DNA of 64,000 bases, from the NCBI GenBank assembly GCA_046347945.1, contig JAXMFB010000012.1, forward strand, positions 54,572-118,571. The letters are read 5' to 3'. Positions within the stretch are counted from its first letter, which is position 1; each line of letters begins with the position of its first letter. This document shows, piece by piece, positions 20,704-29,654 of this stretch. The notes below the pieces were generated by a model. That model did not search any database. It was not told the DNA's origin and saw nothing but the letters and a program-made list of their open reading frames with translations. Both the position numbers and the translations under genes were made by a program. This DNA is from Burkholderiaceae bacterium. Lineage in GTDB: Bacteria > Pseudomonadota > Gammaproteobacteria > Burkholderiales > Burkholderiaceae_E.

Positions 20704-22047
20704 TCAGCGGCGGCCCGCGGCCGCGTCGATCTCCTGCAGCACGAGCCGCAACGTCTCGAACATCCTGGCAATCTGGCCGGGCTCGACGATCAAGGGCGGC
20801 GACAGCGCGATCACGTCGCCGGTCACCCGGACGAGCAGGCCGCGGTCGAAGCAGCGCTGGAACGCATCGGCCGCGCGCGCCCCCGGTGCGTCGTCGCGTG
20901 GCGCGAGCTCGATGCCCGCCACCAGGCCCAGGTTGCGCACGTCGACCACTTGCGGCGCGTCGCGCAGCGAATGGGCTGCTTCCTCGAACAGCGGCGCGAG
21001 GCTGCGCGCCCGCTCGAACAGTGCCTCGCGCCGATAGATGTCCACCGTGGCGAGAATCGCCGCGCTCGCCAGCGGGTGCCCGGAATAGGTGTATCCGTGG
21101 AAGAACTCGATGCCGGCCGGCGCGCCCTCGACGATGGCATCGTGGACCTGGCGCCGCGCGGCCACTGCCCCGGCCGGAACGACGCCGTTGCTGATGCCCT
21201 TGGCCAGCGTGATGAGGTCCGGCGTGACGCCCAGCGCGCCGCTGGCCGTCGCCGCGCCCAGGCGGCCGAATGCCGTGATGACCTCGTCGAAGATCAGCAG
21301 GATGCCGTGCCGGCTCGTGATCTCGCGCAGCCGCTCGAGGTAGCCGACCGGGGGCACGAGGACGCCGGTCGAGCCTGCCATCGGCTCGACGATCACGGCC
21401 GCGATCGTCGAAGGGTCGTGCAGCGCGACCAGGCGCTCGAGATCATCGGCCAGGTGTGCGCCGACAGCGGGCTGTCCGCGCGAGAACGCGTTGTCCCGGG
21501 GCAGGTGGGTGTGGGGCAGATGGTCGACGGCCGGCAGCAACGCGCCGGAGAAGGCCTTGCGGTTCGAGACGATCCCGCCGACCGAGATGCCGCCGAAGCC
21601 GGCTCCGTGGTAGCCGCGTTCGCGCCCGATGAAGCGCGTGCGCTGACCTTCTGCGCGCGCGCGGTGATACGCGAGCGCGATCTTGAGCGCCGTGTCGACC
21701 GACTCGGAGCCGGAGTTCGTGAAGAAGATCCGGTCGAGGCCTTCGGGCATCAGCCCGGCGATGGCCGCGGCGGCCCGAAACGCATCGGGGTGTCCGAGCT
21801 GGAAGCCGGGCGCGTAGTCGAGCTCGGCGGCCTGTCGCGCGATCGCCCCGGTGATCTCGGTCCGGCAGTGGCCCGCGTTGACGCACCAGAGTCCCGACGT
21901 GCCGTCGAGGACCTGCGTGCCGTCGGCCGCCGTGTAGTACATGCCGCTCGCCCGTGCAAGCAGCCTGGGCTTCGTCTTGAACGCCCGGTTCGCCGTGAAA
22001 GGCATCCAGAGCGACGACAGGTCGGGCAGTCCGCCTGGCGCGCTCAT
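20704..22047 (-). CDS. Omega-amino acid (beta-alanine)--pyruvate aminotransferase, class III
   Basis: WMPFTANR, SGLWCVNAGH, NSGSESVDTALK, GYHG, IFDEVITAFGR, LAKG, FHGYTYSGHP. Confidence 0.9.
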   Translation of the reverse strand: MSAPGGLPDLSSLWMPFTANRAFKTKPRLLARASGMYYTAADGTQVLDGTSGLWCVNAGHCRTEITGAIARQAAELDYAPGFQLGHPDAFRAAAAIAGLMPEGLDRIFFTNSGSESVDTALKIALAYHRARAEGQRTRFIGRERGYHGAGFGGISVGGIVSNRKAFSGALLPAVDHLPHTHLPRDNAFSRGQPAVGAHLADDLERLVALHDPSTIAAVIVEPMAGSTGVLVPPVGYLERLREITSRHGILLIFDEVITAFGRLGAATASGALGVTPDLITLAKGISNGVVPAGAVAARRQVHDAIVEGAPAGIEFFHGYTYSGHPLASAAILATVDIYRREALFERARSLAPLFEEAAHSLRDAPQVVDVRNLGLVAGIELAPRDDAPGARAADAFQRCFDRGLLVRVTGDVIALSPPLIVEPGQIARMFETLRLVLQEIDAAAGRR

Positions 22048-22523
22048 CGGGACCGCGACTCGAGCAGGTTGCCCAGGTAGCGCCACTCGGCGGGCGTCAC
22101 CGGCGTGATCGACAGGCGGCTGCCTTTGCGCAGTACCGCCATGTCGGCGAGCGCTTCGTGGCGGCGCAACTCGGCCAGCGTCAGGTAGCGCGTCTTGCGC
22201 AGCACGCGCACGTCGACGAGCATCCAGCGCGGCGACTCGTGTGTGCTCCTGGCGTCGAAGTACGGCGAAGCCGGGTCGAACTGCGTGTCGTCGGGGTACG
22301 GCGCCGACGCGACCTCGCCGATTCCGGCGATGCCCGGCTCGGCGCAGCCCGAGTGGTAGAACAGCACGCCGTCGCCGACGCGCATCGCATCACGCATGAA
22401 GTTTCGCGCCTGGTAGTTGCGCACACCGAACCACGGCACCGTCTGCCGCGGCATCGCCAGCACGTCGTCGATCGAGCACTCGTCGGGCTCGGACTTCATC
22501 AGCCAGTGGGATCTCGCGGGCAT
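22044..22523 (-). CDS. EVE domain-containing protein
   Basis: WLMKSEP, W.GVRNYQARNFM, FYHS, RLSITPV. Confidence 0.93.
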   Translation of the reverse strand: MPARSHWLMKSEPDECSIDDVLAMPRQTVPWFGVRNYQARNFMRDAMRVGDGVLFYHSGCAEPGIAGIGEVASAPYPDDTQFDPASPYFDARSTHESPRWMLVDVRVLRKTRYLTLAELRRHEALADMAVLRKGSRLSITPVTPAEWRYLGNLLESRSR

Positions 22524-22540
22524 CGTCGCGTAGGGAGAGG

Positions 22541-22720
22541 GGACCCCGCCTGTGCCGGCAGGCCGGCATCCTGAACCGTTCAGTTCAGTTCGGCCGCAGC
22601 AGGCACCACATCAGGTTCGTCCGACGAGGGACGATCACAACAGCAGTACGCAGAAAGCCGCGACCTGGATGCAATGCATTGGTTCAAGGAATGTATGACC
22701 TTGTCGAGCACTGCAGGGTC
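22541..22720 (-). ncRNA. ssrS: 6S RNA
   Basis: About 180 nt directly downstream of zapA; minus strand CCCTGCAGTG...GTCATACATTCCTTGAACC...GGTTCAGGATGCCGGCC...GGCGGGG with long self-complementary arms; -10 TAGAAT at 22733-22728. Confidence 0.88.
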
Positions 22721-22747
22721 GGCCGCCATTCTAGCGCGGAACGCGAT

Positions 22748-23050
22748 TCAGAACAGGCTTTCCTGGCGTTCGAGCTCGGCGTCGAGGTCCTCGCGCATCT
22801 TGCGGATCTTGCCGAGGATCTCGGCCTTCGGCGTGCCCGCGACGGGGCTTTGCGCGCCGAGCAACTCGTGCGCGAGCTGCAGCGCCGCCATCACCGCGAT
22901 GCGGTCGACGCCCGAGATGCGCCCGGCCTCGCGGATGGCGCGCATCTTCTCGTCGACCATCTGTACCGCTTCGAGCAGCTGCGGCTTGGTCTCGCCGCTG
23001 ACGGCCAGCCGATAGTCGCGGTCGAGGATCTTGACGTCGATCTGTTCCAT
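22748..23050 (-). CDS. zapA: Cell division protein ZapA
   Basis: MEQIDVKILDRDY...VDEKM..IR...DRIAVMAAL.LAHELL. Confidence 0.9.
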   Translation of the reverse strand: MEQIDVKILDRDYRLAVSGETKPQLLEAVQMVDEKMRAIREAGRISGVDRIAVMAALQLAHELLGAQSPVAGTPKAEILGKIRKMREDLDAELERQESLF

Positions 23051-23093
23051 GCTCGGGGTCCGTCGAACGCGCCGCCAATCGTCGCGTTGGTGT

Positions 23094-23303
23094 TTATTCG
23101 CCGCCTTCTGCCGGCAGCGGCAGCCGCGCGAGCGCCGACTCGACGCGCGCGCGTGCCTCGGCGATGCGCTGCTGGAGCTGCTCGTTGGCGCCGCGGCTCG
23201 CAGCCAGCTGGTCGCGCAGGTTGGCGTTCTCGTCCGCAAGACGACGCACGACCTGCAGCATGCGGTCGATGCGCTCGCCCAACTGGTCCACTTCCTGATC
23301 CAT
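23094..23303 (-). CDS. Short coiled-coil protein (ZapB/DUF904-like)
   Basis: 69 aa heptad coil, L.DEN..LR...ARARVE..L.RLP; upstream of zapA. Confidence 0.75.
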   Translation of the reverse strand: MDQEVDQLGERIDRMLQVVRRLADENANLRDQLAASRGANEQLQQRIAEARARVESALARLPLPAEGGE

Positions 23304-23426
23304 GGCGTGATGGTATATGAAGACGCCATGGCGGGGGCGGCCGCGCCCGCGCCTGCCCGGCGAAGGGGGTTCGCGGGGGGATCCGGTCGGTTCCGGTAGC
23401 ATTCGGTAACCCCTGCGGACCCGCCG

Positions 23427-25790
23427 ATGACCGTGCATTCGTTGCTTCGCTCGCGACTGGCAGCCTGGGCGCTGGTGGCGCTGGTGCTGTCCGGCGCCGG
23501 CGCGCAGCGCGCGCTCGCCCAGGCCGCGGGCGCCGCAGCCGCTGGCGCGATCGCCCCGGCTGCCGTCGCGCCGGCGAGTACCGGTCCGACGCGCGTCGAA
23601 GCGGTCGAAGTGGAACTCGTCGGCGAATCGGCCGCGGTCGTGCCCGGCCAGGCCCTTCGCCTCGGCCTGCGCATCCGGCACGACCCGCACTGGCACACTT
23701 ACTGGCGCAATCCCGGCGACTCCGGGCTGGCGACGCAGCTTGCGCTCGAACTGCCGGCGGGTTTCCGGGCCGGTGCGATCGAGTGGCCCGCACCGCAGCG
23801 CCTGTTCATCCCGCCGCTTGCCAACTACGGCTACGAGGGCGAGATCGTGTTGCCGGTGCCGGTCGAGGTGCCGGCCGTGATCGACGCCGCGCGCGTGCGG
23901 TTCACCGGCCGCGCGTCGTGGCTGATGTGCCGCGAGGTCTGCATCCCCGGCGAGGCCGACGTCGCGCTCGAGCTGCCCGTGCTGCGCGAGGGCACCGCCG
24001 CGCGGTCGCAGTTCGCCGCGCTGTTCGACGAGGCCGATCGCCGGATGCCGCGCCAGCGCATCGCCGCGCGCGCCTTCGCCGACGGTGCGACGCTTTCGAT
24101 CGGCCTGGCCGGGCGCCCGGCAACGGTCGAGTTCTTCCCGTACCGCGAGGGCTTGCTGCGCCACGCCGAGGCGCAAGTGCTCTACGCCTCCGAGGGCGGC
24201 GTGCGGCTCGCGGTGCAGCTCAGCGAGGACGGCGTGCAGCGGGTGCGCGCCGACCGCGCGGCCGTCGCGCAGGCGGCCGACGGCATCGTCGTCGTCGACG
24301 GCGAGGCGCGCGAACTCGACGTGTCGGTGTCGCCGGCGGCGCTGCCCGCCGGCACCGAGATCGCGCGCGTGGCGGGTGGGCCGCAGGCGAGCGCCGAACC
24401 GGCGCGCCGCGGGCTCGGCCTGCCCGGCCTGGGGCCCGATGCGTCCGCGTCGGCGGGCGGCGCCGGCACCACCACCCGGGGCGCGCCGCCGGCTTCGGCC
24501 GCGAGCCTGTGGGTCGCGGCGCTGTTCGGCGCGATCGGCGGACTGATCCTGAACCTGATGCCGTGCGTGTTTCCGGTGATCGGCCTGAAGGTGCTCGGCT
24601 TCGCGCGCCACGGCAGCGAAGGCAGCGCCGGCTCGCGCGTCGGCGCACTCGCCTTCGCCGCCGGAGTGGTGGCCTCGTTCTGGGTGCTGGCCGGCCGGCT
24701 GCTCGGCCTGCGCGCGGCCGGCGAATCGGCGGGGTGGGGCTTCCAGCTGCAGTCGCCGCTGTTCGTCGCCGCGATGGCGCTGCTGTTCGTGGCGATCGCG
24801 CTGAACTTCTCCGGGGTCTACGAGATCGGCCTGTCGCTGACGCGCCTGGGGCAGTTCGATCGTGCGGCGGGGCGCAGCGCGCATCCGCTGGCCGGCTCGT
24901 TCGGCTCGGGCGCGCTGGCGGTGCTGGTCGCCACGCCGTGCACCGCTCCGTTCATGGGATCGGCGCTCGGCTACACGCTCGGCAGCTCGACGATCGAGGC
25001 GCTGGTCGTGTTCACCGCGATCGGCGTCGGGATGGCGGCGCCGTACCTGCTGCTGGGCCTGTTCCCGGTGTGGCTGCGCTGGCTGCCCCGCCCGGGACGC
25101 TGGATGGAGACGTTCCGGCAACTGCTGGCGTTTCCGATGTACGCGACCGCGGCGTGGCTCGCCTGGGTGCTCGGCCAGCAGGCGGGCATCGACGCGGTGC
25201 TCGCGCTCGCGATCGGCGCCGTGCTGCTCGCGCTCGCGCTGTGGCTGGCGGGGCGTTTCGTCCAGCGGGGTAGCGGCGTGCGCCGCGCCTGGGCGGCTGC
25301 GCTCGCGCTCGCGTCGCTCGCGCTGGCGATCTGGACCGCGTGGCCGCAGCACGACGGCAACGCGCCGCCGGTGCAGGCGCAGTCCGGCGCCGCCGGCGCG
25401 ACGCAGGGCGGCGCCCCGGCGTGGCAGCCGTGGTCGCGCGATCGCGTTGCCGACGCGCTGGCGAGCGGTCGCCCGGTGTTCGTCGATTTCACGGCTGCGT
25501 GGTGCGTCAGTTGCCAGGCCAACAAGCGGCTGGTGCTCGAGCGCGACGCGGTCGTCGCGGCGATGGCGCAGCGCGCCGTCGTGCGGCTGAAGGCCGACTG
25601 GACCCACCGCGATTCCGCGATCACCGCGGAACTGGCGCGCTACGGGCGCAACGGCGTGCCCCTCTACCTGCTCTACGCGCCCGGGCAGGGCGAGCCGCAG
25701 ATCCTTCCCGAACTGCTGACGTCCGGCATCGTGCTCGACGCGCTGGCGCGCATCGCGCCTTCGCCGGTCGCGCGCTCGACCGATCGCTGA
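23427..25790 (+). CDS. dsbD: Protein-disulfide reductase DsbD family
   Basis: WHTYWRNPGDSG, CREVCIPG, LNLMPCVFP, ATPCTAPFMG, FTAAWCVSCQ. Confidence 0.9.
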   Translation: MTVHSLLRSRLAAWALVALVLSGAGAQRALAQAAGAAAAGAIAPAAVAPASTGPTRVEAVEVELVGESAAVVPGQALRLGLRIRHDPHWHTYWRNPGDSGLATQLALELPAGFRAGAIEWPAPQRLFIPPLANYGYEGEIVLPVPVEVPAVIDAARVRFTGRASWLMCREVCIPGEADVALELPVLREGTAARSQFAALFDEADRRMPRQRIAARAFADGATLSIGLAGRPATVEFFPYREGLLRHAEAQVLYASEGGVRLAVQLSEDGVQRVRADRAAVAQAADGIVVVDGEARELDVSVSPAALPAGTEIARVAGGPQASAEPARRGLGLPGLGPDASASAGGAGTTTRGAPPASAASLWVAALFGAIGGLILNLMPCVFPVIGLKVLGFARHGSEGSAGSRVGALAFAAGVVASFWVLAGRLLGLRAAGESAGWGFQLQSPLFVAAMALLFVAIALNFSGVYEIGLSLTRLGQFDRAAGRSAHPLAGSFGSGALAVLVATPCTAPFMGSALGYTLGSSTIEALVVFTAIGVGMAAPYLLLGLFPVWLRWLPRPGRWMETFRQLLAFPMYATAAWLAWVLGQQAGIDAVLALAIGAVLLALALWLAGRFVQRGSGVRRAWAAALALASLALAIWTAWPQHDGNAPPVQAQSGAAGATQGGAPAWQPWSRDRVADALASGRPVFVDFTAAWCVSCQANKRLVLERDAVVAAMAQRAVVRLKADWTHRDSAITAELARYGRNGVPLYLLYAPGQGEPQILPELLTSGIVLDALARIAPSPVARSTDR

Positions 25791-25852
25791 ACCTGGATCA
25801 AGCCGATCTCGTCGCACCCGATTCACCGTCGCCGGGCCGGTCTATAATCCGT

Positions 25853-26116
25853 CTCGCTTCCGGTGCTGCGCGGTCCTTGCCGACGCGCGGTTAAACGGGA
25901 AACAGGGAGCGCGGTCCTGCGGGCCGTCGCCAACCTGTGCTGCCCCCGCAACGGTAAGCAGCGGCGCTCGCGTTCGCGCGAGCGGTCGTGCACCCATCGC
26001 CACTGGATCCGGCGTCGCCTGGCGCGCGCCGGTCCGGGAAGGCAGTGCCCGCCCGGGCCGGCCCCGCATCGCATCGCGAGGCCCCCGACGCTGCAAGCCC
26101 GGATACCGGCCGGAAG
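25853..26116 (+). promoter_or_regulatory. Cobalamin riboswitch
   Basis: TATAAT 25843-25848; GGTGC...TTAAACGGGAA...CTGCCCCCGCAACGGTAA...GCCACTG...GGGAAGGC...AAGCCCGGATACCGGCC B12-box; upstream of btuB. Confidence 0.93.
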
Positions 26117-26192
26117 GGCGGGTCGCGGCTTCGAGCCGTCGATCCATTGACGAACCGACGCCTTGCGGTGGGCAAGGCGTACAGGAGTCCCC

Positions 26193-28061
26193 ATGTCCCT
26201 TCCATCCACTCGTTCGGCGGCTGCGCTCGCGGTCGCCGCCCGGTGCGCGAGTGCGCTCGCCGCGGGCCTGATTCCCCTTCACGCATCCTCTCAGTCGATG
26301 AACCCGGTGGTGGTCACCGCCACGCGAACCGAGACCACGATCGATCGCGCGCTCGCCGACGTCACGGTGATCGACGCGCAGGCGATCCGCGACGCCGGCG
26401 CCGCGACGCTGCCCGATCTGCTGCGCAGCGCCGGCGGCATCGAGATCTCGCAGACCGGCGGTGCGGGGTCGGTGTCGGGCCTGTTCGTGCGCGGCACGCG
26501 CAACTCCCAGACCATCGTGCTCGTCGACGGCATCCGCATCGAGAGTCCGCTGAGCGGCGGCGGGGTGGTCGAGCACCTTCCGCTGTCGGCGATCGACCGG
26601 ATCGAGGTCGTGCGCGGCCCGGCGTCCGCGCTCTACGGCTCGGGGGCGATCGGCGGCGTGATCCAGATCTTCACGCGACAGGCCGACGCCGACGGCTGGT
26701 CGCCGTGGGCGTCGGCCGGGATCGGAACACAGGGCACGCAGCAGGCGCAGGTCGGGTTTCGCGCGGCGCGCGAGGGCACGCGCGTGGCGCTGTCGCTGTC
26801 TCACGAAAGCACCGCCGGGTTCGAGTCGACGCGCGCCGGCAGCCCGGACTTCCAGGCCGATCGCGACGGCAATCGACAGCGGTCGCTGACGGCTTCGCTG
26901 TCGCACCGTCTCGCGGCGCAATGGGAAGCCGGAGCCAGCCTCCTCGTCAACGATGGCCGCGTCGAGTACGACGACGCCTTCTCCACCGCGTCCACGGCGC
27001 GCCAGGACTATCGCTCGGGCGCTGCATCGGCCTGGGTGCGCGGTCGCCCGACGAACGACTGGCAGACCGAACTGCGCATCGGCAACAGCTCGATCGACTA
27101 CAGCTTCCAGGCGTTCACCTTCGCGCCGAAGACCGACTCGCGCACCCTCTCGTGGCAGAACACCGTCGCCGCGTGGGGCGGGTTGCTGCTGCTGGGCGTG
27201 GAGTCGCTGGTGCAACGCATCGACGGCGACGGCGTCACCCGCGGCGGGGCGTTCGTCTACGCGCGCGACAGCCGCAGCACCGACTCGGTATTCGGCGGCT
27301 ACGAACGCGCGTGGGGCGATCACACGCTGCGCGCGACGCTTCGTCGCGACCGCATCGAGTCGGTCGGATCGGAGACCACCGGGGCGCTGGCCTGGGGCTG
27401 GCGCTTCGTGCCGCAGTGGTTGCTGCGGGCGAGCTACGGCACGGCGTTCCGGGCCCCGACATTCGACGACCTCTACAACCCGTTCTCGCCGAACCCTGCG
27501 CTGCGCCCCGAGAAGTCACGAGGCTACGAAGTCGCGCTCGAGCAGCGCAGCGGCGCCGATCTGTTGCGGGCGACCGCGTTCAGGAGCCGCATCGACGATG
27601 CGATCGAGCTCGACTCGTTCTACACCGCGCAGAACCTGGCGCGCGCGCGCGTGCAGGGCCTCACGCTGGAGGCGCGGCGCGCGATCGGCGCGTGGGTCCT
27701 GCGCGCTTCGGCGACGATGCAGCACACCGAAGGCGTGAGCGTCGATCCCGTGACCGGCGCGCGCAGCGACACCGAGCTCGCGCGGCGCGCGCCGCGCTAT
27801 GGCGTGGTGGGCGTCGAGCACGCGCGCGGCCCGTGGCGCTTCGGCGCCGAGGCGATCGCGCAGGCGCGGCGCTTCGATACGCTGGGCCAGCGCATGGCGG
27901 GCTACGTCTTCGTCGACGCGTGGGCGTCGTACCGGATCGACCGCGACTGGGAGTTGTTCGCGCGCGCGGCCAACCTGGGCGACCGCGACTACGAGACCGC
28001 AGCGGGCTACCGCTCGCCGCCCCGATCGCTGTTCGTCGGCGTGCGTTACGCCGTGCGGTGA
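26193..28061 (+). CDS. btuB: TonB-dependent vitamin B12 receptor
   Basis: AGGAG SD; VVVTATR, RIEVVRGPASALYGS.AIGGVI.IF, YGTAFRAPTF.DLY; follows B12 riboswitch. Confidence 0.88.
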   Translation: MSLPSTRSAAALAVAARCASALAAGLIPLHASSQSMNPVVVTATRTETTIDRALADVTVIDAQAIRDAGAATLPDLLRSAGGIEISQTGGAGSVSGLFVRGTRNSQTIVLVDGIRIESPLSGGGVVEHLPLSAIDRIEVVRGPASALYGSGAIGGVIQIFTRQADADGWSPWASAGIGTQGTQQAQVGFRAAREGTRVALSLSHESTAGFESTRAGSPDFQADRDGNRQRSLTASLSHRLAAQWEAGASLLVNDGRVEYDDAFSTASTARQDYRSGAASAWVRGRPTNDWQTELRIGNSSIDYSFQAFTFAPKTDSRTLSWQNTVAAWGGLLLLGVESLVQRIDGDGVTRGGAFVYARDSRSTDSVFGGYERAWGDHTLRATLRRDRIESVGSETTGALAWGWRFVPQWLLRASYGTAFRAPTFDDLYNPFSPNPALRPEKSRGYEVALEQRSGADLLRATAFRSRIDDAIELDSFYTAQNLARARVQGLTLEARRAIGAWVLRASATMQHTEGVSVDPVTGARSDTELARRAPRYGVVGVEHARGPWRFGAEAIAQARRFDTLGQRMAGYVFVDAWASYRIDRDWELFARAANLGDRDYETAAGYRSPPRSLFVGVRYAVR

Positions 28062-28960
28062 CGCACGTGGCGCACCGGCGCATCGTCGCGTGGCTGCTCG
28101 CGGGGGCGGCGGCCTGGGCGTGTCCCGCGGCGGCGCAGGCCGTTCGAATCCACGACGACTGGGGACGGGACGTGCCGCTGCCCACGGCACCGGCGCGGGT
28201 CGTCTCGCTGGCGCCGCACGCTACCGAGCTGCTGTTCGCGGCCGGGGCCGGCGGGCGGGTCGTGGCCGTCGATCGCGACAGCGACCATCCGCCGCAGGCG
28301 CGCTCGCTGCCGCGCGTGGCCGCCTACCCGCAGCCGGATGTCGAGCAGCTGCTGGCGCTCGCGCCGGACCTGGTCGTGATCTGGGGGCCCGGCGCCTCGC
28401 GTACGCTGGTCGGACGTCTCGATGCGCTCGGCCTGCGCGTCTTCGTGTCCGAGCCGCGCACGCTCGACGACGTCGCAGCGACGATCGAGCGCTTCGCGCA
28501 ACTGGCCGACCATCGCCCCGACCATCGCGCCGCCGCGTCGCGCGCGGCGCGCTCGTTTCGCGAGCGGCTCGCCGCGATCCGTGGGCGCTACGCGGGATCG
28601 AGGCCGGTTCGCGTGTTCGTGCAGATCTGGTCGTCGCCGCTGATCGGCATCGGCGACCGCGACGTGATCGGCGATGCGGTGCGCAGCTGCGGCGCGCGCA
28701 ACGTGTTCGCCGACGTGGCCGTGGCGGCGCCGCGGATCGATCCCGAGTCGGTGATCGCCGCGCGCCCCGAGATGGTGCTCGCGACCGATGGCACGCGCTC
28801 CGAGCGCCTGTGGCGCGAGCGCGGCGTGCTCGCGCCGCAGGGGACGGCGCGCTTTGCGGCGTTCGACGCGACGACGATGGAGCGCCCGGGCCCGCGCGTG
28901 CTCGACGCCGTCGAGCAACTGTGTGCCGCAATCGACACGGCGCGGCGCGCGACGCCCTGA
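28058..28960 (+). CDS. btuF: Cobalamin-binding periplasmic protein
   Basis: RVVSLAPHATELLFAAGAG, PD.E.LLAL.PDLV, CGARNVF, RPGPR. Confidence 0.83.
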   Translation: MTHVAHRRIVAWLLAGAAAWACPAAAQAVRIHDDWGRDVPLPTAPARVVSLAPHATELLFAAGAGGRVVAVDRDSDHPPQARSLPRVAAYPQPDVEQLLALAPDLVVIWGPGASRTLVGRLDALGLRVFVSEPRTLDDVAATIERFAQLADHRPDHRAAASRAARSFRERLAAIRGRYAGSRPVRVFVQIWSSPLIGIGDRDVIGDAVRSCGARNVFADVAVAAPRIDPESVIAARPEMVLATDGTRSERLWRERGVLAPQGTARFAAFDATTMERPGPRVLDAVEQLCAAIDTARRATP

Positions 28961-29020
28961 ATGCAACCGTGGTGCGCGTTGTTTGCTAACATCGCGGCAT
29001 CGCAGCCAAGGAGCTCACGC

Positions 29021-29644
29021 ATGCCCGTCGTCGCCGTCGTAAACCCCAAGGGAGGTGTCGGCAAGACCACGCTTGCGACGAACCTCGCAGGCTTCTACGC
29101 GTCGAACCACCATCGCACGATGCTCGGCGACTTCGATCGACAGCAGTCGGCCAGGCACTGGCTCACGCTGCGCCCCGCCGGCGTCAAGCCCATCGAAAGC
29201 TGGGAAATGAACGGCGAGGTCGCGCGCCCGCCGCGTGGCGTTACCCACGTCGTGCTCGACACGCCGGCACAGATCACCGGCAGGCGACTCTCGGAGGTCG
29301 TGCGGGTGGCCGACCGTATCCTCGTGCCGCTGCAACCGTCGATGTTCGACGTGCTCGCCACGCAGCGGTTCCTCGAGGAACTGCGGGCGGGGTTCGCGAA
29401 CCTGCGCCGTTTCCAGGAGACCGTGGGCATCGTCGGCATGCGCGTGGACACGCGCACGCGCGCCGCCGAGCAGCTGGCACGCTTCGTCGGCAGCCTCGGG
29501 CTGCCGGTGGCGGGCTACGTGCGCGACACGCAGAACTACGTGCACCTGGCCGCGCACGGGCTCACCGTGTTCGACGTGCCTTCGCAGCGCGTCGACAAGG
29601 ATCGCGCGACCTGGGAGCCGCTGCTGCAGTGGCTCGCGCGCTGA
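29021..29644 (+). CDS. ParA family ATPase (short, orphan)
   Basis: AAGGAG SD; NPKGGVGKTT deviant Walker A, D.DRQQS, LDTPA. Confidence 0.88.
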   Translation: MPVVAVVNPKGGVGKTTLATNLAGFYASNHHRTMLGDFDRQQSARHWLTLRPAGVKPIESWEMNGEVARPPRGVTHVVLDTPAQITGRRLSEVVRVADRILVPLQPSMFDVLATQRFLEELRAGFANLRRFQETVGIVGMRVDTRTRAAEQLARFVGSLGLPVAGYVRDTQNYVHLAAHGLTVFDVPSQRVDKDRATWEPLLQWLAR

Positions 29645-29654
29645 GGCGCGCCCG

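Noticed and set aside
22044-22523. EVE protein as a modification-dependent restriction component
   Set aside because: Stand-alone EVE in its usual zapA-6S context, with no nuclease fused or adjacent.
29021-29644. ParA as evidence of a plasmid or partition locus
   Set aside because: No parB, parS or rep nearby; it is a short orphan ParA in a core chromosomal context.
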